Shown here: one piece after another, positions 55,201 through 64,000 of the stretch | Layout: each line of letters opens with the position of its first letter | Position numbering within the stretch: position 1 is the stretch's first letter | Source: Tubiluchus corallicola | Lineage: Eukaryota; Animalia; Priapulida | Reading direction: 5' to 3' | Assembly: GCA_030141605.1 (NCBI GenBank) | Contig: JAQGDQ010000015.1 | Coordinates: forward strand, 62,001 to 126,000 | Length of the DNA: 64,000 nt | Position numbers and translations under genes: made by a program | Notes under the pieces: generated by a model | Databases searched by the model: none | What the model was told of the DNA's origin: nothing | Seen by the model: the letters and a program-made list of their open reading frames with translations, nothing else

Positions 55201-57963
55201 TCTATCGTAGATTTTCGCACCAATTGTGCGAGGATTTATTGGGATCAAAGTTATTGCTACGGTCGGAGAGGACAAAATTATTTTGCTCAAGAATTTTTTG
55301 TAGACGTTCTGTAGATGAATTACTTCGTCCCGTTGTCTCGCCTCCCACAGTGTGCAAAAAGGGGAAACTTCTTTTTCTTGTTGTTACAATAACAACAGTT
55401 TTGTTTAACAACAAAACGCCGGCAAACTGATACGTGCGAGCCGTTTTATTATCATTGTCACCGCCGTCTGTTGTTTTGTTTTGAAAGTAAATTTTCAAAT
55501 TGGCATTGGGAACAACCCCCGCATTGAGAGGGTTTTTGCGAAGGCATGAAGCAACACAGTAGAGTTAAACAAGGCAGAGACGCGCAAGTACAAGGCTGTT
55601 TTTGATGCACGCACGAGAGAGTAAACACGAGCCAATATTTGCCAGTTTGTGTTGCCCTCTTTGTTATGTTTATTGTCCACTGTCCACCTGCGCTTAGGAA
55701 GATTTTTGGGGAAAAAGCTCTGCTCTGACAGCAACCTACACAAAGAGAAGGAAATGGTAAAAAGTGTAAAAACTCGAATAGTTAAATTGTGCAAATTAGG
55801 GGTGTCATTATAATGTGGCGGCGAGTTGTTTAAACTAACCTAATTCAAGTTCATAGTAACCTCACAGAAACACAAGACTGTTGCAGAATTTGTTTACTGT
55901 GTCTTTTTCTCTTCACTAAGAAAATTACCGTCTTCGTTTACGTTTTAGATGAAATATTCGTTTTAAGGTGTTTACCTAGAGTAACCCTCAGGTGCAGCTT
56001 AACAGAATATAAGCGACGTAACAACTAACTATCGTTAAATGCTGTACAGGTGCATTGCATACGTTTGTAATTTAAATATTCGTAACAAATTTATTTAGTA
56101 ACTCGGACGCTTCGTAACTGCGCGAAAATTGTAACTGTGCGTCTTGGTAAGTAAGACACTTGGTAGTCTTGGCACTTTGTAGCTGTGGCACTTTGTTGCC
56201 TCAGCACTTTATAATACATGTATTAACATTTAGTGGTGCCTGATATTTGGTAACCTACATGTATGGTTTGTCCATATTTTGTACGTTTTTTTTGGTTGTG
56301 AAGGTCTAAGTGATCAAAATTCCAGGTTGCCGTCTGAGCTAGTTCCTAATGTTTGTAGAGTTACCAAGTTTTGTGATACCAGTTGTTTTTAGTGATCAAG
56401 TATCTGAATTAGCAGTCATAGTTAAACAGGTTTGCGCAGTTACGAGATGTTCAGGTTATCAAACGTCCAGATTACTTATTGTTCATGCCAGTTACGAAGT
56501 ACTTTGGTTATTAAGTGAGCATGTTTCAATTTCACATACTACATACCAAATGCCCAATTTACCAAGTATCTTACCTAATGCGCAAGTGTCTGTGTTCTAA
56601 ACGTTCTGGTTGCCCAATGTTATAGTTATCAAAAGTTTAACATATGCCTGGGCTGCTAATGTCCCGGTTATAACATAGTCCTACATGTACTTACCAATTG
56701 GCTAGGTCACGCAGGACTCAATTATTCTTCATGCAGTTGTTAAGTTACTATCCGACTAACCGGGTTATGTGTCTGAGTTACCTAGCGTCCAAGAAATTGT
56801 TCATGCCGTTACCAAGTGTTGGATTTTTACCAATTTGCTGAGTATGAATATTCGTGTGGTTATCGTTTTTTATGTCGAAATTACCAAATGTCCACACTAC
56901 AAGTGTTTGGATTAAAATGAGGGCAGGTATCAAGTGTCCACTTGTCAAGTTTTCATTTACTAGACGCACAAATGACAAAATGTCCAAGCCACTACTTATG
57001 AAATGATTAAGATTTAACCCATTTACCAACTGCTCGGCTATCTGTCCAGACGGTGAATAATTGCGCAACAGCGTCGAGCTACTTACTGCGTCACAGTAGT
57101 CAGCATCTCATGAACACTAGCAACAATCAGGTGCAATTTTTAAGAATGTTTCATTTGTTTTTTACATTATGTTTACATTTACATCCCTTTTGTATTTCAA
57201 TAGAAAAATCTTAAAAACAGCCTGTAAATAGTAAAAATGTAGAAGTTCTTAAAATAATAGTTAACGAAAAAGAATGTGTAAAAAAGTTGTTTGACATTTT
57301 GAGGGGGCATTAAATGCTTCTATGTAACATGCACTGTACAACTGCAGTGTATAATAATCCAATCTGTTGTCTGGACGCAGGCTGGCGTCTCCATACAAAA
57401 ACTTTGATTCATTAACTCTTGCTTATACAGCTGTAGTCGCCTCCAAAACTTGTAAAATCCAATTTTCCAACTCTAAAACATTAATCTAATTTTTTAATAC
57501 CCCTTTTGTTGACCCGCATTGCAGTAGTTTTACAGGCATCGCACATTGCACGTATATAAAATATCCTCGGGTGCAAAAGCTGATAAAATTTCATTTCAAG
57601 TTGTTGAAAAATTTCTCGCTGTGTTGATTTTACAATATTTAATCAAGTATGGCGCTTCCAGGGGAGTAAAACACCACACCACCTGTTGGTCGAAATGTCA
57701 GACCTGGCTAGTCTTTTTCAATTTGTTTATTATTTATTACTATATCTCCTTTCTATTCTTTATATGTGATTGATTTTTAGCACCTGCGCACATTTCACTC
57801 GTGACTCATCTATAGGGCCTAGTTGCGCCACATTTCCTTACGCTGGCTCATTGTCATATTAAATTTCGTTCATGAAATTTTGCCTTAAGTATTTCTTTTC
57901 TTTTAATGTGATTTCAGTACTTCTCTTTGTACACCGTTATGAATGACATTTGTTATTTTTCAG
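52205..57963 (+). other. Intron 2 of the jeb-like gene (5,759 bp, GT-AG, phase 0)
   Basis: Donor GTAAGC at 52205; acceptor tttgttatttttCAG ending 57963. Confidence 0.8.
56100..57045. mobile_element. Decayed foldback/Mutator-like element with sub-repeated inverted arms
   Basis: Left part repeats GACACTTGGTA-like units; right part repeats the reverse complement TACCAAGTGTC-like unit many times. Confidence 0.5.
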
Positions 57964-58017
57964 ACACTTTCGTACTTCAAAGTTTTTACGGACGCCATAT
58001 ACAGTTGGAACCCCTGA
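57964..58017 (+). CDS. jeb: Jelly belly-like protein, coding exon 3 (TLSYFKVFTDAIYSWNP*)
   Basis: Strong acceptor, phase 0; the peptide aligns without gaps to the recalled Jeb C-terminus TKAHLDVLADALLRW (T, V, DA and W in register); TGA at 58015-58017. Confidence 0.85.
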   Translation, partial: TLSYFKVFTDAIYSWNP

Positions 58018-60000
58018 TGGCGCCATCTATGTGCAGACAACTCAAGCAACTATGTGATGTACCAGTGTTAGAAGAAAGGCACTTGTGCTAAACTACACAC
58101 CTGAAAAAATGGTGGCCGAACGTGACGTCACGAGCATACTTCTAACCTCTGTAGTTATATTTACGTGAAGTGAGACCACACCTAAGTAGACGTAAAAATC
58201 AAAATGCTGTAAACACCAGAAGGTAGAGAATGTTATATTTGACAGCGTTGTGGCAGTAAAGAATCTGATGTTGAGGTCAGGCCTAGTCGACCAGCGTTGA
58301 CAGCCCGCCGTGTACAAATTGTGTAATATTTGAGGCACATTTTATTTTGAAAAATTGTTCTTTATTTTTGTGCGAAAGTAAGAGTTAGATTTTTCGTTTA
58401 GGAAATAATAATATTGTATAAATTTATTTAAATCACCCTGTGAATATTTCATGCTAATACAATTAGTAGGACACGTTAACTCTGTAGTGCCGATTAGTAT
58501 GTAGCCCGCGCATTTTCTTTGCTTTTACGATAGATCTATTTCCCTATACTCGGTGGCATCTAAACAGTGTTTCACTTTAGTGTTGTTAATGAAACCGTTC
58601 ACGCATGCGTAGAACAAATGATGTTACCCTGTACGTTAGATTACATTTTTAGAGGTGCCTGTTAGGAAGTTTTAGATCAGTGCCAAACTGTTAGCTGCAT
58701 TGACATATACAGAAACAGGCTTAATATTTTTAGAAAGCAACCCCTCAACGTTAAAAATAACGTCGGTGACATTCAAATGTAGGCCCTATGTTCGCATAAA
58801 TTTTAGGTCATACAAAAATAGCTACAGCGATATGCACAGAACCATTTAGCAAAATTACTTTAGTTGCTGTTCACAATATATATATATATATAATATACAT
58901 TGAAACAGCGTCTGTCAATATCATCAAGAGCCAACTCCATAATAAGCTGCCATTTACAATGTAAACATAACGTTCACAAATTTAAATGGCATTAATACTT
59001 ATGCAGTTACTTGTGATAATTGTAAGGATTCCTATTTATTTTTGCCAATATAAAATTCACGTCTATCGTCTGTTGTAGTTTTCAGTTTTCACAAAAGCAA
59101 AGTAGAACATATTTTAGAATTAGACTAGGCCGAAATTTTTCTATAGAAAAAAATTGACGTAGACATTTACAGACATTGTCAGCGTTCGAATATTTATTGC
59201 AAAATTAAAATTTATTTCTGTGTTTCTTACCGTAGTTTCATTCGTGTCTTAGCTAGCTTTTGTCAACGAATTACAAATTGTAAGCTTGCTAACTATACCC
59301 AAAATTTCTTTTGCCCTCATCGAGACTCAAGATTCGTATCAGCACAGTAACGTAAGTCTAACAGAAATGTTATTGCAAGTTAGGCAGCGCGTGGCCATGA
59401 ACATATAGAAGACATTAGATTTTTTATGCATGTGGGGAAAGACAATATTAAAGGTGCACACGTGCACACCTGGTTGCAGACGTAGGAGTTTTAAACGTAG
59501 GAAAATGTGGAACAATTTTCAGAAGCCGTATTTAGAAAAAAATCAACTTTCCAAATGTGCTTCTTAAAGCTTTTCTTAGAACTGTCAATGGTTATTTTAA
59601 ATTTATGATAGAAGCTATCTATAAAGTCTGTGTTTAATGGTGCAATATTTCTGACTTTGTATAATTTATTTATTGTTTGTGGTTAACTCTTTCACAGCAA
59701 GCACAGCGTTAATCAAACCTAATATAGATTTGAATAATTTCCTAATTCAGCATAGTTCACAACGACATATTAGGTTTGACTAACCTTGTGTTTTGAATCT
59801 AAAGGGTTAGTGTTGTGTTAGTAAATCATTAAATCATTAATGGACGGACACATTGTTGCTGACTGTGAATCATTGATTATAGTTTGTTGACGTCATCATG
59901 GTGCGACGACAAAATAATGTAAGTTATAATGTTTAAATGTAAATATTTTAAATAAGATGTTACAGTGCAAATAAATAGATGCTTTTCAAAACCAATGCGT
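58018..60000 (+). other. Probable 3' UTR (about 2 kb) with candidate polyadenylation signal AATAAA at 59970-59975
   Basis: AT-rich sequence with no obvious TE after the stop; AATAAA followed about 35 nt later by a T/GT-rich element (tttgtttatt). End point is inferred. Confidence 0.45.
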
Positions 60001-62187
60001 TTGAAAACTTTGTTTATTAATTGACTGAATTATATGTTACAATATTTTCTATACTTAATTTCGTAACGCATTGTCGTTATATGACAAAGCTTCTCGAATC
60101 GTATGCCATATGAAAATCGACTTAAGGGCGTGATCTAATCCAACAAGGTGGCTGAAAAAATGAAATTGTCTGAGAGTGGATTTCGTACGTGATATGTAGC
60201 CAAACGAAGCATAACTGGCAGCACAAATTGGCCAGTAATGTTTAAACTAGTATCATACGCTTCGAGTTACGCCAAAGAAAATTTTGTAATAAGTAAGAAA
60301 AATAAACGGAAACAGCCGAACACATTAAGAGCAAAGTGAAAATCAAAAGTAAAAATTATTTTAACTCCTTAAAATAAAGCCACAAAAGTCAACAGGGAAA
60401 AGACTGTGCAAAGTTCCCGTTGTGACGCTTTGTGGGTATAAAATTAATATATTATAATTGGTCTAGGGTAATTTAACGTCAGCGTCTCAAATCTAAACCT
60501 CGGATCACATGTTCTCCATGAGTGTGAACAACTAGACAGGAAACACTAAACACTCATTTACTAAGTAAATTTTGCTATTTCATCACCAAGCGTTTGGGAT
60601 CATGTTGGGGCAATTCTCCTATAACACACTTATGTTTTACTAAACATAATCATGGAATTGTTAATCGTAAAACGTTTTCACGAAGTTTGAAATAGAACTA
60701 TTAAACACATGGATGCTGTGCAAATCATACAGTATATTATTAAACAAGAACAAAGCAAAAAGCAATTGTACATACAGGAGAAAACAATACTTTAACGACT
60801 ACTGGGCCCAGATTTATCAAGTAACAAGGAGTATACTCATGTTTATATGTAGTTTCTGATGCCCTGCTCTTCTAGGATGCACCAAGGACGGTTCAAAGTC
60901 CCAAATTCACAATCCACAACAGGAGTAAGAGGATGCTTCACCATGTAGCCGATCCATGAATCCTTACACGCCACAAGTAGTTATGGCTGGAATCGTAGTC
61001 GTACCTCTACGTCTCCACTACTGGTGAATAGCGTAGCCAGGATGTACCCCACCACTATGTGAACGCTCCACCAATGCTCTGAAAGTTTCAGAATTCCTCA
61101 CAGGGGTGGGTTGTCCAAGACCTCCTCTAAGTGGAGAAGTATGACAAGGCAATTACTTCACTCCTGAGTTGTGCTGGTGCTACGTAAACGGTGTCGATAC
61201 CACATTGAATTTAACTATTGTCTCTCATGGCACATCAACTGAATTTTGCCATTAAGGCCAAAATAAAACATATAAGCAAAACGTGTCTCAAACATATGAC
61301 GAACAGAAGAAAGGTACTAACTATGTCGACCAGGTAAAAACGTCCTGGATGAACCTGCGCTCAACAGAAAATTCGCTACCTAAATGAAGTACGCAAAAAT
61401 AGCCTAGGTAGAATGACCTTGTATATAATGCATAGTATCCGATGGCTTCTATACCGTTCAAAATCTTATAGTGATGAATGGCGCTGTATATCAGCCAGTT
61501 AGCTAGCGGCCATGCATCGTTTAAATTTTTCAAACATATATTCTTAAAACATGTGAGTATTTAACATATACAGTACAGTTTTTTAAATAACTGAACACTA
61601 GCTAGCATAAGCCACGCATATAATTTGCAAAATTGTTTTAATTCTCAATATAGCCTTTTAAAAAGCAAAGCAATGACAGGTGAAAATATTGTGCTTAATC
61701 TCATAGTGGCCGGATGTATTGAATGATTTTTAGTTTCAATTTCTATACTAGCATAGAATACAATAATATGTTTCACTATTAGTTCCTCTTTGTTCGTAGT
61801 ATTTGGGTTAATTATACATTGCAATACAATTTAATACAAAGTGGACATATTCTTAATAATTATGTAATAGTCCTTATCGATTATGTCACATCGATCAATT
61901 CCCCCCAATTATCCTGTGTTACATTTTCATAACGATTAAGCGAGTTCTATTTTCACAAGAAATTTTCAAGTTCTGATAAGTCTCTGGCAGCAATGGCAGG
62001 TGGCAGCAGCAGGTACTGGTTAATTTGGAAACCCATGGTGTATAATTGAAAAACTTGGTTACATTTCAAGCTTAAGGATTCGACATGAAAGTGAGCTGAT
62101 AAAACAGGCCTGTGGGAAGGAGAAGCCCTGTGACATAATGGTGAAGCAAAACTCCTTACAGCGCACATTTTTTTACAAAAATAGAGC

Positions 62188-62930
62188 TGTAAGCCTGTGT
62201 CACAGACATAGTGGTATTACTGCCATGCAGAATAGTTTTGACGTTCGCGCAGACATTCAGACAGACGCACAGTGTTTTTTCTTTGAAAAAAGTCAGTAGC
62301 AAAGAAGCAGTATATTTGTATTGGGTCCTAAAGGCGTGCAGCTATGCAAAATAGTTTTGGCTTGAAATTTAAGACAGTGGCTTTACTTTAGTACTGAACT
62401 TAGAGGAGAAGGGGTAGATTAAAGAAATGTGAGTCGTAGTGCGAAAATATTTTAACTAATGAGAATAAACTTCGAGGAAGGTTACTGTTAAGGTGAGTTT
62501 CTGGACTTAACATGTAGGTGGCAACACCTATGTGAACGTACCTGTAATTTTATCTGTGAAGTTGTAAACTAGGTTGAGCCTCACTAAACACGCTTACAGA
62601 AGCCTCAGTAAACATTTAAGTAATGTTTAGATAAATTTTCGAGTAATTACTTGTAGCTTATCTACCTGATTTGCTGTAAACCAGTATGACGTTCCAAGGA
62701 TGTATTAAGTTGTTATAGCCGCACAATGTGAGTAATATTTACGTTTATTGTCTTAAATTATAATAATTAGATCATTATACATTTGTAAGCAGTGAAAGCA
62801 GTCAAATTTACTATTTTCATTTTTTTATATATAGAAATAAAGATTTCTGAGAACACCATATGCTATGGAGGAAAGTCTTTTGTGTTCCGGTCACATTTAT
62901 TTATCAAGGCTATATTGGAGATAATTCAAC
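62188..62930 (+). mobile_element. Candidate 5' LTR of the downstream BEL/Pao-like element
   Basis: Begins TGTAAG; AATAAA at 62836; several internal GTGAGT donor-like sites; about 640 bp upstream of the gag-like ORF. No canonical CA end or PBS identified, and the second LTR is outside the window. Confidence 0.3.
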
Positions 62931-63569
62931 GTCAGCCATACCCACCTGAGGTTTCAAGCCATCGAGCCGCCCAAGTTGATCAAGGTCAGGAAGCCTACAG
63001 CACAGATGTATAACTGCATGCCGGAAGTAGGACAGGAAATGCGTCTACGCTTCTCAGGCCTGTATTATGTGAATTGCCTATTGACAAGACTTTTAAGAAC
63101 TGTATCTGTATGGTGAACTGACCTGAAATACTAACCTACTGCATAAAATTATTGCGTTAATTTTGCGCATAAAGTTATTAAGCCATTAAGACTTGTAAGA
63201 TTCGCTTAGGCTGTTTAGTACTGAAGTATTGAGGGTTTAATAGTTTAATAATAGGGTTTAATTAAAGTTTTGAAATATTCAGAGTTTACCAATTAAGATT
63301 AATTTTATTTTCGACTTGGTATTATTTCCACATGTTAGTATAGAGAATAACGTGAATTTCTACACTGTCAGATAATGCTTTGATTTGTTGTACAGTTTAC
63401 CCGATTGCCTAATTACTAGTAGTGCAGCAGTGCATTATAGTGCATAAAGAATTAGACCATACGTTATCGTTGCTATTTGACTACATGGATTTTTATGCAT
63501 AGTTCACTAGTTTATCTACTTAGCTACCTGTATTATTTTACTGAATTGTACTTTGCTGTATTTTGAACC

Positions 63570-64000
63570 ATGTCTGATTTAGGTAAGAAAACTGTCCCTG
63601 AGATACAGCGAATGCTTAAGGACAAGTGTTTACCTGTTAGCGGGCGGAAGCAGGAATTAATTGATAGGCTGTTGCAAAGCGAAGGCGCAGCTTCCAGCTC
63701 AACTGAAGATGAAACGCAGCTTACACCTGCCGCTATACCTTATAGTGGGGACAAAGAGGAAAGCTTAGGCGAGCTAAGAAGCCTCAGAACGCACAAAAGT
63801 CACAAGTCTCCTCATTCACGTAGTTCAAAATCAACCACTGCTTCGGCAACAGCACAAAGAATGTCAGCTGAAGCGAAAAAGGCTGCTCTTATGATTAAGC
63901 AACAAGCACTTGCAGAGAAGACAAAATTGCAGTTACATGAAATGCAGCTCGAACAAGAAAAGCAAAAGTTAGTTTTGCAAAAAGAACAGTTGAAGATAGC
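63570..64000 (+). CDS. SAP-domain plus coiled-coil ORF running off the window; probable BEL/Pao retrotransposon Gag(-Pol) N-terminus
   Basis: ACCATG start, 143 open codons: MSDLGKKTVPEIQRMLKDKCLPVSGRKQELIDRLLQ (SAP consensus L.kltV.eLk..Lk..gL..sGrK.eLidRL), then RSSKSTTASATAQRMSAEAKKAALMIKQQALAEKTKLQLHEMQLEQEKQKLVLQKEQLKI. Confidence 0.7.
   Translation, partial: MSDLGKKTVPEIQRMLKDKCLPVSGRKQELIDRLLQSEGAASSSTEDETQLTPAAIPYSGDKEESLGELRSLRTHKSHKSPHSRSSKSTTASATAQRMSAEAKKAALMIKQQALAEKTKLQLHEMQLEQEKQKLVLQKEQLKI

Noticed and set aside
60790-62170. GC-richer patches and ORF 61953..62168 as exons of a neighbouring minus-strand gene
   Set aside because: No recognisable domain, stops in the plausible frames and no coherent splice chain; probably decayed TE sequence.

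Overview
AT-rich, repeat-laden eukaryotic DNA from a protostome invertebrate (the peptide looks arthropod-like; the taxon cannot be fixed from this window). No prokaryotic features. One complete host gene spans most of the window on the + strand: a three-coding-exon jelly belly (jeb)/HEN-1-type secreted LDLa protein, the Alk receptor ligand family. Coding exons are 6534-6921, 52044-52204 and 57964-58017 (200 aa), separated by GT-AG introns of 45,122 bp and 5,759 bp. The ORF track shows only two disconnected pieces of it. The locus holds decayed LINE remnants, Helentron/MITE-like elements, a three-copy dispersed repeat, micro- and minisatellites, dense CAGGT(A/G) motif clusters and seven CRE palindromes. 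At the right edge an unlisted ORF (63570 to beyond 64000) encodes a SAP domain followed by a Ser-rich linker and coiled coil, resembling the Gag start of a BEL/Pao LTR retrotransposon. Family assignments rest on recalled motifs, not database searches. Nearly all other listed ORFs are spurious.
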